From positions 20,013-84,012 of the IMG/VR virus record IMGVR_UViG_3300037466_002336: DNA of 64,000 bases; one strand, given 5' to 3'. Under the pieces are notes generated by a model. The model did not search any database and was not told the origin of the DNA. It saw only the letters and a program-made list of their open reading frames with translations. A program made the translations under genes and the position numbers. Shown one piece after another: positions 8,983-18,803 of the stretch. Each line of letters begins with the position of its first letter. The first letter of the stretch is position 1. Source of the DNA: a virus. Lineage: Duplodnaviria > Caudoviricetes.

Positions 8983-9165
8983 ATGGCAACGACAAGCGCC
9001 GAGAGCGCGGCCTACGAGGTGCTCGTGGGTATCGACTATCGCTCCGCGAAGGGCGGTAAGCCGACACGTGCCGAGAAGGGCGACGTGCGCGACGACCTGC
9101 CCGAGAAGTCGATTCCGTGGCTTGTCAAGGACGGCCACATTCGGCCTGTCAAGGCGAAGGGGTAG
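8983..9165 (+). CDS. Small hypothetical protein in tail module
   Basis: 60 aa, good RBS and codon bias. Confidence 0.6.
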   Translation: MATTSAESAAYEVLVGIDYRSAKGGKPTRAEKGDVRDDLPEKSIPWLVKDGHIRPVKAKG

Positions 9166-9168
9166 ACC

Positions 9169-9906
9169 ATGGCCGCGACCGCAGGCAAGCTCGCCCGTGT
9201 CCTCGCAAGCGGGTTCGACCTCACCGGCTACTTGAACAAGGCGACGTCGCAGGGGTCGGTCGACAAGAGCGACGACACCCGGTTCGGCATGAACTCGAAG
9301 CACTACCACGCCGACCTGTCCGACGGCACGTTCTCCGGTGAAGGGTTCTTCGAGTACGACGAGTCCGGTGACGGGACCGCGCCGGCGTCGCACGAGGAGC
9401 TGAAGGCGCTTCTTGGTAGCACCACCGACGTCACCTACATGCCGTACGGGGACGCGTTCGGGAACTGGTGCATCTGCCTCGGTGGTGTCGGCACCAGCTA
9501 CGACGTCGAGTCGGCGCTCGGCGGCCTTGCCACCGTGAAGTTCGACGCGCAGAGCTCGAGCGGGCAGGAGCACTCGCGTGTGCTGCACACGCTATCCGCG
9601 GTCGTTGCAACCGGCAACGGCACCGACCTCGACAACGGGGCGGTGGCGGGCGCGACAGCGTTCGGTGGCGCCGCAACGGTGCACTGCTCCGACATCAACG
9701 CCGGGACCGGCACGGTGAAGGTGCAGCACTCGACCGACGGAGTCACATGGGTCGACCTGATCACCTTCGCAGCGTTCAACGCGAAGGGTTCGCAGCGCAA
9801 GACCGTCTCCGGGACGGTGTACCGGCACGTTCGCGCGCAGCACACGCTCGCCAACGGCGCCACCACGTTCACGTATCACCTCGCCTTCGCACGGTTCGCG
9901 GCGTAG
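9169..9906 (+). CDS. Tail tube-like protein with extra C-terminal beta domain
   Basis: N-terminal ~135 aa align by eye with the next gene (AGK.A.V...G.D.T.Y...A......DK.D...FG..SK.Y...L.DGT.S.EG.F). Confidence 0.65.
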   Translation: MAATAGKLARVLASGFDLTGYLNKATSQGSVDKSDDTRFGMNSKHYHADLSDGTFSGEGFFEYDESGDGTAPASHEELKALLGSTTDVTYMPYGDAFGNWCICLGGVGTSYDVESALGGLATVKFDAQSSSGQEHSRVLHTLSAVVATGNGTDLDNGAVAGATAFGGAATVHCSDINAGTGTVKVQHSTDGVTWVDLITFAAFNAKGSQRKTVSGTVYRHVRAQHTLANGATTFTYHLAFARFAA

Positions 9907-9913
9907 CAGGCGA

Positions 9914-9924
9914 GCACTAGAGGC
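9914..9924 (+). promoter_or_regulatory. Start-associated motif GCACTAGAGGC (copy 3, before tail tube)
   Basis: Exact 11-mer followed by a second AGAGGCAC. Confidence 0.75.
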
Positions 9925-9945
9925 ACACAGCCAGAGGCACAAACG

Positions 9946-10338
9946 ATGAGCGCAGTCGCAGGCAAGGACGCGAAGGTGTCGCTTGGCGGCACGGACATCA
10001 CCGTGTACGTCGACAAGGCCGGGTCGAACCAGACGGCCGACAAGAACGACGTCTCGACCTTCGGCGTCGGGTCGAAGAAGTACGCGCCGGGGCTGAAGGA
10101 CGGCACCGGGTCGCTCGAGGGGCCGTTCGACGCGACGGTGCATGCGTCCATCGCGCCGATGCTCGGCACGCAGGTCGCGTACGTGTACCAGCCCGCCGGT
10201 GCCGCGTCGGGGCTTCCCCGCGCGACCGTGCAGGTGATCGTCACCGGCTACGACGTCGAGAGCGACGTGTCCGGCAACGCGACGATCAAGGGCACGTTGC
10301 AGTACACCGGCGACCTGGTGTGGGACGTCAACCCGTAA
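9946..10338 (+). CDS. Major tail (tube) protein
   Basis: 130 aa, DVSTFG..SKKYAPGLKDGTGSLEG; precedes the chaperone. Confidence 0.75.
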   Translation: MSAVAGKDAKVSLGGTDITVYVDKAGSNQTADKNDVSTFGVGSKKYAPGLKDGTGSLEGPFDATVHASIAPMLGTQVAYVYQPAGAASGLPRATVQVIVTGYDVESDVSGNATIKGTLQYTGDLVWDVNP

Positions 10339-10353
10339 CGGGGTTGACGTCCC
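10322..10353 (+). terminator. Hairpin over tail tube stop codon
   Basis: 13-bp perfect stem GGGACGTCAACCC/GGGTTGACGTCCC, 6-nt loop. Confidence 0.65.
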
Positions 10354-10412
10354 GTCACGGCTAGAGACACACACGAGGCAATGCCCGCAAGGGCAAGGGA
10401 GGTAGCACCCCG

Positions 10413-10808
10413 ATGATCGAACCGAACGAGCAGCAGAGCGACGCGGTGGAGGCGCCGCGCATCCTGTCCGTCGACGAGCTTCTCGGCGTCCATGACCGTC
10501 CTTCGAAGGTCGTGGAGATGCCCGAGTGGGGCGGTGCCGTGAAGGTGCAGGCGTTGTCGCTCGGCGCGTTCCAGGACGCGCAGGAGGCCGCGACCGTCGC
10601 CGGTGACGTCGACGAAATGAAGCTGGCGGTCGAGCTGATCGTCCGCGGCGTCGTCGACCCGCAGCTCAGCTCGGAGCACGCCGCCGAACTGAGGGACAAG
10701 AGCATCGCCGCCGTCATGCGTCTCATGAACGAGATCGCAAATCTGTCCGGAGTGACGGAGGAGGCGCTCAAGCAGGCGGAGCGCCAGTTTCTTGCTGCGA
10801 CCGGGTAG
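10413..10808 (+). CDS. Tail assembly chaperone (gpG-like)
   Basis: 131 aa, VEMPEWGGAVKVQALS motif; between tail tube and tape measure. Confidence 0.8.
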   Translation: MIEPNEQQSDAVEAPRILSVDELLGVHDRPSKVVEMPEWGGAVKVQALSLGAFQDAQEAATVAGDVDEMKLAVELIVRGVVDPQLSSEHAAELRDKSIAAVMRLMNEIANLSGVTEEALKQAERQFLAATG

Positions 10809-10956
10809 CCGGTTCGAGTTCGAGTTGTGCCGGGACTTGAAGTGGCCCGGAGGGTTGAAAGCCATGCGACGGGAGATGGACGCCGCCGAGTTCGTCAGGT
10901 GGTCGGCCCTGTATCGCGTCGAGGGCGAAGAACGTAAGCGCGCCGAGCGCGACTAG
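10413..10956 (+). CDS. Frameshifted chaperone extension (gpGT-like), +1 shift near 10788
   Basis: +1 frame reads FLLRPGSRFEFELCRDLKW...EMDAAEFVRWSALYRVE to TAG 10956; TTT C at 10788-10791. Confidence 0.65.
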
Positions 10957-10974
10957 TAGCGCGAGGGACACGTC

Positions 10975-13900
10975 GTGGCCGAAGGGATGGAGGCCGCATC
11001 GCTGTTCGTGACTGTGCGGGCGATCACCGCGCAGTTCGAAGAGGCGATGACGAGGGTGAACGGGCGGCTCGCTGGTGCGGCCGCAACGATGAGCAGGACG
11101 GGCAAGGCGTTCACGGACGCCGGCGCCAAGATGACCCGTCACCTCACGCTCCCGATCTTGGGGGTGGCGGCTGCGAGCGCGAAGATGTCGCTCGACTTTC
11201 ACCAGCAGATGCAGCTCATTCAGACCCAGGCGGGCGGGTCTGCGCGGGACGTCAAGGAGCTGTCGAAGCAGGTGCTTGGCCTCGCGAAGTCGACGACGCA
11301 GGGGCCGGTCGAGCTCGCGAAGGGCTTGTACCACTTCAAGTCGCTGCTCTACGACAACGCGGACGCGATGAAGCTGCTGAAGGTGTCGTCGCACGCGGCG
11401 ACGATGGGCCTCGCGCCGCTGGAAGAGACGACCACCGGCCTCGGTGCTGTGCTGCGCACGTTCCATCTGAACGCGAAGCAGGGCGCGTCGACGATGGGCG
11501 CTCTCAACGCGATCGTCGGCGCCGGCAACATGCGCTTCGAGGACCTGGTGTCGGCGCTCGGCACGGGCGTGATGCCGTCCGCGAAGATCGCCGGTCTGTC
11601 GTTGAAGGACGTCGGCGCTGCGATGGCGGTGATGACCGACGAGGGTCTGCATTCGAACCAGGCGATGACCCGGTTCAAGACGTCGCTGTCGATGCTGGCG
11701 GCGCCGTCGTCGCAGGCGTCGAAGTGGCTCGACAAGATCCATCTGTCGGGCGCGCAGCTCGGCATGGACATGCGGCAGGGGATCGTGCCGACGGTCGCCG
11801 ACCTGAAGGCCCATCTCTCCACGCTCAACGGGTCAGGGGTCATCGCGAAGCTCAGCGACTCGTTCCACCGCGGGAAGCTGACGCTTGCGCAGTTCCAGAG
11901 CCAGGCGAAGCAGACCGAGCAGTTTCAGGTGTTGTCGAAGATCCTCGGTGGTGGTCGCACCGCGACGACGTTCGAGTTGCTCCTCAACAACTTCGACCTG
12001 CTCAAGAACAAGATGAACCAGATCAACCGGACGACCGGCAACTTCGGCGCGAACGTCAAGGCGGCGATGGAGAACCCCGCCAACCAGGCGAAGGTTGCGA
12101 TGTCGAACATCCAGGTCGCGATGATCGCGTTCGGGGACAACGTCGTGCCCCTGCTCATCCCGCTGCTCGACGACGTTGCGAAGCTCACCGGTCTGTTCAC
12201 GAAGCTCTCGTCGCCCATGCAGCACCTCGTCGTCGTGGCCGCGCTGCTGGTGGCGGGGATCGGCCCGTTGCTGACCGTGGTCGGCAACGTCATCAAGATG
12301 GCCGGGTATCTCACGAAGGCGATCAAGGGGATCGGGGTCGCGCTCGAGTTCGCTGCGGCGAACCCGATCATCCTCATCATCGCGGCGCTCGTCGCGGTCG
12401 GCGTCGGGCTGTACGAGCTGTACGAGCACTGCGCGACCTTCCGCAACCTCGTCAACGAGGTGTTCTCGGCGGTCGCGTCCGCGACGTCGGCGGCGATGCG
12501 TGTTCTCCGCGAGGTCGTGTCGGCGGCCGTGACGTACGTGGAGGGGCTGTGGCAGCGGTGGGGCGGACAGTTCATGGCGACCGCGCATTCGATCCAGGAG
12601 ACGGCGACGGTGGCGTGGCACGCGATCGAGGCGGTGACCCGCGCGGTGTGGCCGGTGATCGAGGCGCTCATCAGAACCGCAGTCGACGCGGTGCGGGTGT
12701 ACATCAGCGTCGGGTTCAAGACGGTCGAGAAGATCGCCAAGGACGTGTGGCCGGTCATCACGACGGTCGTGCGTGCCGCCTGGAACGTCATTAAGGCTGT
12801 GGTGTCCACCGACATCAAGGTCGTGCTCGACATCGTGAACACGGTGATGGCGCTGCTCCGAGGCGATTGGGGCAAGGCGTGGGCGTCGCTGAAGAAGCTG
12901 GTGTCCGACTACCTGCACGGCATCGCCAGCGTCGTCAAGGCGGTGCTGTTCGGCGCGATCGCGGTCGCGAAGGCGGCGGCGATCGGGATCGGACGGGCGA
13001 TCCTCGACGGCATCGTGACCGGTGTCGGCGGGCTCGCCGGCGCGCTCGCACGGAAGGTCAAGTCGGAGATCGGTGGTGCGTGGGGGGCGATCAAGGGGCA
13101 CCTGGGCATCCACTCGCCGTCGAGCAAGGCGCGCGACGAGATCGGGAAGCCGATCGCTCAGGGGATCATCATTGGCGCCACGAAGCTCGACGAGCTGCCG
13201 GTCGCGATCACACGGCGGCTGCGTGCGGCGCTCGACGCGGCCAAAAACACGGTGACGTCGTACCGTGGCGAGCTATCGACGGCGTTCCGGAAGCTCGTCT
13301 CGGACGCCGACCAGGCGTTCAACGCGCAGACACAGACGATGATGAACAACCTGCGCGACCAGCTCAACTCGCAGCTCGGTCAGATCGACTCGCAGCTCCG
13401 GTCGAAGCTGGCGTCGATTCAGGCGGCCGGTGCCGCGCTGACACCGGAGGAGCAGGCCGCGAACGGGTTGCAGGCGACGATCAAGCAGCAGCAGGACGCG
13501 AAGGCGCTCGCGGACGCACAGAGCCAGCTTGCGGACGCTCAGAAGTCCGGTGACGCCGGCCAGATCGCCGACGCGCAGTACAACCTTCAGCAAGTCCAGG
13601 AGCAGCAGCAGCTTGAGTCGTTGCAGGCGGCGGCTCAGCTTGAGCGCAAGGGGCGTAACGCGCAGACGAAGGAGCGGGAGGCCGCTGCGAAAGCGGAGGC
13701 GGCGAAGGCCAAGCAGCGTGCCCGTGAGAAGTACGAGCACCATCGCGCGAACCTTGAGGCGCTGCGGAAGCTCGAGAAGAAGTCGCTGGACGAGCGGCTC
13801 GCGAACTTGGAGAAGGCGCTCGCGAAGGACCCGTTGGTGTTCGCGAAGGCGCACAAGGCCGTCATGAAGCTGCTGAACAAGACCATCGGCCCGGACCTGT

Positions 13901-14331
13901 TCAAGTCGGGGACGAAGCTCGGCAACGAGTTCGCGGCGGGGATCAGGTCGGCGATGGGCGAGGTGGAGAGGGCGTCGGCGCAGATGGCGGCGGTCGTCGC
14001 GAAGTACCTGCGGTTGCACTCCCCGGCGAAGGCGGGGCCGCTGTCGACGCTCGACCACTGGTGGGATGCGTTCACACCGACCTTGTTGAAGGGGTTGAAC
14101 GGCGACATGCTGCGCGGCGCGGTGACGGCGGCGGCGTTGCCGATGCCTGCGATCGCTGGTGCGGGCGGTGTGATCGCGCGCGGTGGCGGACGGTCGGGCA
14201 CGCCGGTGTTCCGTGCGGAGCTGCATTCGCACACGTACCTTGACGGCCGCGAGATCGCGCACGGGGTGCGTGACGTGATCGTGCGTGAGGGCAAGTACAA
14301 CGGCGGCGGCATGTTCGGCGGCCAGGCGTAG
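10975..14331 (+). CDS. Tape measure protein (TP901-type)
   Basis: 1118 aa, Ala-rich helical, TP901-like N-terminal core, W/F periodic repeats. Confidence 0.9.
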   Translation: MAEGMEAASLFVTVRAITAQFEEAMTRVNGRLAGAAATMSRTGKAFTDAGAKMTRHLTLPILGVAAASAKMSLDFHQQMQLIQTQAGGSARDVKELSKQVLGLAKSTTQGPVELAKGLYHFKSLLYDNADAMKLLKVSSHAATMGLAPLEETTTGLGAVLRTFHLNAKQGASTMGALNAIVGAGNMRFEDLVSALGTGVMPSAKIAGLSLKDVGAAMAVMTDEGLHSNQAMTRFKTSLSMLAAPSSQASKWLDKIHLSGAQLGMDMRQGIVPTVADLKAHLSTLNGSGVIAKLSDSFHRGKLTLAQFQSQAKQTEQFQVLSKILGGGRTATTFELLLNNFDLLKNKMNQINRTTGNFGANVKAAMENPANQAKVAMSNIQVAMIAFGDNVVPLLIPLLDDVAKLTGLFTKLSSPMQHLVVVAALLVAGIGPLLTVVGNVIKMAGYLTKAIKGIGVALEFAAANPIILIIAALVAVGVGLYELYEHCATFRNLVNEVFSAVASATSAAMRVLREVVSAAVTYVEGLWQRWGGQFMATAHSIQETATVAWHAIEAVTRAVWPVIEALIRTAVDAVRVYISVGFKTVEKIAKDVWPVITTVVRAAWNVIKAVVSTDIKVVLDIVNTVMALLRGDWGKAWASLKKLVSDYLHGIASVVKAVLFGAIAVAKAAAIGIGRAILDGIVTGVGGLAGALARKVKSEIGGAWGAIKGHLGIHSPSSKARDEIGKPIAQGIIIGATKLDELPVAITRRLRAALDAAKNTVTSYRGELSTAFRKLVSDADQAFNAQTQTMMNNLRDQLNSQLGQIDSQLRSKLASIQAAGAALTPEEQAANGLQATIKQQQDAKALADAQSQLADAQKSGDAGQIADAQYNLQQVQEQQQLESLQAAAQLERKGRNAQTKEREAAAKAEAAKAKQRAREKYEHHRANLEALRKLEKKSLDERLANLEKALAKDPLVFAKAHKAVMKLLNKTIGPDLFKSGTKLGNEFAAGIRSAMGEVERASAQMAAVVAKYLRLHSPAKAGPLSTLDHWWDAFTPTLLKGLNGDMLRGAVTAAALPMPAIAGAGGVIARGGGRSGTPVFRAELHSHTYLDGREIAHGVRDVIVREGKYNGGGMFGGQA

Positions 14332-14335
14332 CCCG

Positions 14336-17053
14336 ATGGACGCCGACGGGTTCGTGACGGTTGGCCCGGACGGGTACTTCCCGGACATTCGTGTGCGCGT
14401 CGGGTTCGACTCGAAGCCTCGCGACTACCCGCAGGTGTTGACGACGATCAGCGACTACGTTCGAAGCGTCACGACTGGACCGCGTGGACGGCGGCCGCTG
14501 GTCGACCGTACGGAGGCCGCGCGGCTCGCGGTGGTCCTCGACAACCTCGAGCGCCGGTTCGATCAGACGTTCGAAGGTGTCCTCGCCAACTACTCGACGA
14601 ACCCGTCGTTTGAGGCCGACTACGAGCTCGAGGTGCGCAACAGCGTGCCGCTCGGTTACTACCGGCTGCACGCCGACGGCACAGACTCCTCCGGGAACGG
14701 CCTGACGATGGCAAAGACCGGCACCGTGACGTACGGAGGCGCCGGCGCGCTCGGAGCCGGACAAGACGACCTGTCCGCGTTGTTCGACGGTGCGACCGGC
14801 TACCTCAGTTCCGCCGACGCAGCGTTTGACGTGATGGCCGACGCGTGGACGGTGGAGGCATGGGTCTACCCGAACGCCGCCCGCGACACGAACGCGTGCG
14901 CGATCGCCACGAAAGAGTACGGAGCTGCGGGCAGCAACCTGCCGTTCATTCTCTGCTACGGCAACCCGAGCAGCATCGACAGCACGCTCCCCAACGTTGA
15001 CTCGTGCGTATTCGCCGGAATCTACGAGTACGCCGGGGTCGGCTGGCAGGCAGTCACCGACGGGGTGGCGTTGCCGCTCAACACGTGGACGCACATCGCC
15101 GCGACTTTCGACGGGGTGAAGCTACGGCTGTATCGGAACGGCGTGAAGGTCGCCGAACGCTCTGCAAAGCCCGTGTCGGTTCCGGTGGGCATGCACACGT
15201 ACCTCGGTCGTCGTTGGGACCTGGCGGGCACCACCCCGTACTTCCCCGGTCGTCTCGACGAGGTGGCGTTGTACGACCGCGCGCTCACAGGCTACGAGGT
15301 GCTGCGGCACTACAACATGAGCGCGTCGCCGTTGTTCGCGTTCAACGGGTTCGGTGGGGCTGGAGTCACCGGCTACTCGCATTCGTGGGTGACAACCGAC
15401 AGTCGGGACGGACACGCGTGCGTTCAGCAGACCGCGGTCGGTGGGGCGACGAACAGCTATACGGCGGCGATCGGCGCGAACTTCTCAGGCGGAGCCGCGC
15501 AGATGGCGCCGGTCGTTGCGGGAGAGACAGCGTACGTGCGCGCGTCCGGCAAGGTGGTTCAGAACTGCCAGCAGATCATCCTCATGGTGTACTGGTGGAA
15601 GGCGGACGGTACTGCGCTCGCCGCGTCGACGGTGCAGACCATCACCAACCCGGCCGTCGACGAGTGGTACGACCTCGCCGGGTCTGCGGTCGCCCCTGCC
15701 GGCGCCGCATGGTTCGCAGCGCGCATCCAGTTCAACAACATACCGAACGGCGCAACGTTCATCGGTCGCGTCGACGGGTACTACCAAGGACTCGTCGACT
15801 ACGGCTCCTACATCGACGGCGACTCCGACAACTGCCGGTGGGCGGGTTCGCCCTCTCTCTCACAGACCTACTACGGCGGCCCGTACTTCGGCAACCTGAA
15901 GCCGAACAAGCGCATCTACGTCGACGCGCGATGGAACGGCGTCATCTACCCGGTGCTCGAGGTGCTCGCGGACGAGTGGCCGCAGGGGTGGCCGTCGAAC
16001 GGCCGAGACGCGATCGTGACCCTCAACGGCACCGACAAGTTCAAGACGTTGGGTCGGTTCAACCTGCCCGCGTTGTTCTCAAGGTCGGTTGAATTGCCCG
16101 GCGCGCGCATCGGGGCGGTGTTGGACGAGGCCGGGCAGCCGTCACAGGAGCGCCGCCTCGACGTCGGCAACTCCGAGCTTGCCGCGGAGAACCCGCCGTC
16201 GGAGGTCGCATGCACGTTGACGTCCGGGTCGCCGTCGGTGACGACCGCGGATACGTCGAAGCTGCAAGCAGGGCAGGCGGTCACAGGCACCGGGGTTCCC
16301 GACGGCGCGGTGATCCTGACCGTCGACAGCGACACCACGTTCACGTTGTCGGAGAACGCAACCGTTTCGGGGGCGGAGACGTTGTCGGTGTACAACGTCG
16401 ACTCGGTCGGTGCGGGGCTCGACTACGCGCAGAAGGCGTCCGACTCGGAGCGCGGGCTGTTGTTCGTCGGCGCCGACGGCTATTGGGTTTTTCAGAACCG
16501 TCACTACCGGCTGAACACCAACGCGAAGTGGGCGTTCGGGGACAGCGCTACCAACGGTGAGCTGCCGTACATCGACGTCACCCCGTCGTACACGGAGCAG
16601 GACATCGCGAACGACGTCCATGTGCAGCTCCCGAACCAGGCCGAAACCGTGTCGGTTGACAGCACCAGCCAGGACGACAACGGCATCATCTCGTTGACCA
16701 TCAACACGCTGCTGTCGGATCGGAACGAGGCGCAGTCGATCGCCGACTACGAGCTCGGGCAGCGGAAGGACGCCAGGACGCGTATCGACTCGATGGTGCT
16801 GGACGGGTCGTCGGCGCCGGCGGACCTGTGGCCGGTGATCCTGTCGCTGGAGATCAGCGACCACATCCTTGTGGTGCGCCGTCCGCCCGGTGGCGGTGAC
16901 GCGCAGGCGTACGAATGCAACGTGGAGAACATCAGCCACTCGATCCAGCCGGGCAGGTGGCAGACGACGGTGCAGCTTTCCCCGGCGGACACGTCGGTGT
17001 ATTGGGTTTTGGGGACGTCGGTGCTCGGAACAGACACGAGGCTGTCCGTCTAG
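14336..17053 (+). CDS. Tail hub / minor tail protein with inserted LamG-like and CBM-like domains
   Basis: Follows TMP; PLGYYRL, WTVEAWV, WTHIAATFDG..LRLYRNG, GRLDEVALYDRAL indicate LamG; ATG at 14336. Confidence 0.75.
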   Translation: MDADGFVTVGPDGYFPDIRVRVGFDSKPRDYPQVLTTISDYVRSVTTGPRGRRPLVDRTEAARLAVVLDNLERRFDQTFEGVLANYSTNPSFEADYELEVRNSVPLGYYRLHADGTDSSGNGLTMAKTGTVTYGGAGALGAGQDDLSALFDGATGYLSSADAAFDVMADAWTVEAWVYPNAARDTNACAIATKEYGAAGSNLPFILCYGNPSSIDSTLPNVDSCVFAGIYEYAGVGWQAVTDGVALPLNTWTHIAATFDGVKLRLYRNGVKVAERSAKPVSVPVGMHTYLGRRWDLAGTTPYFPGRLDEVALYDRALTGYEVLRHYNMSASPLFAFNGFGGAGVTGYSHSWVTTDSRDGHACVQQTAVGGATNSYTAAIGANFSGGAAQMAPVVAGETAYVRASGKVVQNCQQIILMVYWWKADGTALAASTVQTITNPAVDEWYDLAGSAVAPAGAAWFAARIQFNNIPNGATFIGRVDGYYQGLVDYGSYIDGDSDNCRWAGSPSLSQTYYGGPYFGNLKPNKRIYVDARWNGVIYPVLEVLADEWPQGWPSNGRDAIVTLNGTDKFKTLGRFNLPALFSRSVELPGARIGAVLDEAGQPSQERRLDVGNSELAAENPPSEVACTLTSGSPSVTTADTSKLQAGQAVTGTGVPDGAVILTVDSDTTFTLSENATVSGAETLSVYNVDSVGAGLDYAQKASDSERGLLFVGADGYWVFQNRHYRLNTNAKWAFGDSATNGELPYIDVTPSYTEQDIANDVHVQLPNQAETVSVDSTSQDDNGIISLTINTLLSDRNEAQSIADYELGQRKDARTRIDSMVLDGSSAPADLWPVILSLEISDHILVVRRPPGGGDAQAYECNVENISHSIQPGRWQTTVQLSPADTSVYWVLGTSVLGTDTRLSV

Positions 17054-17128
17054 GCAGCTACGGTACGTGAAGAAGCGAGGCGCCCGAGGCAACCCGTTAC
17101 GGCGGGAGGGCGCGGAGGCAGTGGAGAA

Positions 17129-17560
17129 GTGATCCGCGATCAGCGGCACATGCAAGGTGCAAGGCAGCACGCGTCCGTCGACGACGTGCGCGCTTACTGG
17201 TACCGGTTCGCGCTCGAGGAGGGCTTCGTCGACGCCAATACCGGGCTGCGGAAGCCGGGGAACGTGGTGGTGGACGAGCGCACAGTCCTCGCGTACATCT
17301 CGAGCTCACGGTGGGTCGCTGACTGCCCGAACTGCAACGCCGGCATGGCTGCGTGGCCGGGAGCGCACGAGCACGCGTGCTGTCTCGACTGCGGTCATGT
17401 GTTCACCGTGGAGACGCCGGAGGACGCCGCCGAAGCGGTCGCGGTGTTGACCGCACGACCTGAGCCTTCCACCCGCAACTGGCATCCGCAACGCGGCGAG
17501 ACGGTCACGGACTTGAAGGTCGAGAACATCACGCGGGCGTTGCCGCTCGCGGCGAGGTAA
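17129..17560 (+). CDS. Conserved Cys-containing tail-region hypothetical
   Basis: RWVADCPNC...CLDC...RP..TRNWHP..ETV.DL..EN. Confidence 0.6.
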   Translation: MIRDQRHMQGARQHASVDDVRAYWYRFALEEGFVDANTGLRKPGNVVVDERTVLAYISSSRWVADCPNCNAGMAAWPGAHEHACCLDCGHVFTVETPEDAAEAVAVLTARPEPSTRNWHPQRGETVTDLKVENITRALPLAAR

Positions 17561-17564
17561 CGGG

Positions 17565-18173
17565 ATGGCTTGGTCGACTCCAAGGACATGGGTGACCGGA
17601 GAGGTTGTCACCTCGACGATCATGAACACGGACGTCCGCGACAACTTCAACGCGGTCGCCGACGTCGGCGACTACAAGTTCAAGGCGGCGCTGTCGGCTG
17701 GCGCGGGAGTCGAGAATGTGATCGACGGCGGCTGGCTGGAATGCAACGGCCCGCTGCTGTCGCGCACGACGTACTCGGTGCTGTTCGCGTACCTCAACGG
17801 GTTGGGGTTGCCGTTCGGTGCGGGTGACGGCTCGACGACGTTCGGTGGGCCGGACTTCCGCGGTCGCGCGTTCTGGCACATCGGTTCGCACGCCGACGTG
17901 AACGCGCTTGGCCTCAACGACGGCGGTGCCGACGCGTCACGGTCGGCGATCCACGATCACACCGTCATCGACCCCGGCCACTCCCACACCTTCGACGGCT
18001 GGACGGTTCACACCGTCGGGACCGCGCAGGGGTACGGCGGCGGCGGCGGCGACGGCGTACCCGACGCGACAGGCACACGCACCGCCACAACCGGCATCAC
18101 GGTCGGTGCGTCGGGGCGGTTGCGCGACCGGGTCGGCTTCGAAGTCGGCGGAATCATCTGCATCAAGTTCTAG
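17565..18173 (+). CDS. Tail collar domain protein
   Basis: GWLECNG..LSRTTYSVLF...FGAGDGSTTFGGPDFRGR. Confidence 0.85.
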   Translation: MAWSTPRTWVTGEVVTSTIMNTDVRDNFNAVADVGDYKFKAALSAGAGVENVIDGGWLECNGPLLSRTTYSVLFAYLNGLGLPFGAGDGSTTFGGPDFRGRAFWHIGSHADVNALGLNDGGADASRSAIHDHTVIDPGHSHTFDGWTVHTVGTAQGYGGGGGDGVPDATGTRTATTGITVGASGRLRDRVGFEVGGIICIKF

Positions 18174-18190
18174 GCGCGGAGGGGTCACAC

Positions 18191-18424
18191 ATGCCTGTAA
18201 CGACGACGTACAACTGCGACGGGCCGAACTGTCCGAACGGCCATGACGTGTCCGACGCGAAGATCGAGGCGACGCCGACGCTGTTCCGCATCGTCGGCGG
18301 GACGCTGTGGCACTGGAACGAAACGCTTGGTGCGGTGGCGATGGCTCAGCTCCCGGACCCGCTGTGCTTCTGCTCGTCAGGTTGTGTGCACGACTACCTC
18401 GTCGCTCAGGGGTTGGAGACGTGA
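18191..18424 (+). CDS. Small Cys-rich hypothetical
   Basis: CDGPNC and CFCSSGC; RBS GGAGG. Confidence 0.55.
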   Translation: MPVTTTYNCDGPNCPNGHDVSDAKIEATPTLFRIVGGTLWHWNETLGAVAMAQLPDPLCFCSSGCVHDYLVAQGLET

Positions 18425-18756
18425 TGAGCGACGACACCCGCGACATCGCGATCAGAGGGAAGTCGTCCGCGGACGCCGCGCACCACCGGCTCGACAAGAT
18501 CAACGGGCAGATCAAGAAGCTCGGTGACAGCCATGAGGCTATGCGCCACGACTTCAACGAGGCGTTGAACGACCCGGACCACGGGCTTGTGCCGCGCGTC
18601 GTTGACCTGACCGCGACGGTGCGCACCACTTTGAAGGTCGCCGGCGCGATCGCAGCGGCGGCAATCGCGATCACCACCGGGGTGACGGTGTACGTGCTGA
18701 CGCACGACCTGCACCAGACCCGGCCGCCGCAGCTCGTCCAGACGGCACGGCAGTAA
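18424..18756 (+). CDS. Coiled-coil protein with C-terminal TM helix, lysis-region membrane protein
   Basis: ATG 18424; AHHRLDKIN coil then VAGAIAAAAIAITTGVTVYVL; precedes endolysin. Confidence 0.55.
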   Translation: MSDDTRDIAIRGKSSADAAHHRLDKINGQIKKLGDSHEAMRHDFNEALNDPDHGLVPRVVDLTATVRTTLKVAGAIAAAAIAITTGVTVYVLTHDLHQTRPPQLVQTARQ

Positions 18757-18775
18757 GCACCACCAGCACGACCAC

Positions 18776-18786
18776 GCACTAGAGGC
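18776..18786 (+). promoter_or_regulatory. Start-associated motif GCACTAGAGGC (copy 4, before endolysin)
   Basis: Exact 11-mer, 17 nt before ATG. Confidence 0.75.
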
Positions 18787-18803
18787 AAACGGGAGGTAGC
18801 ACC

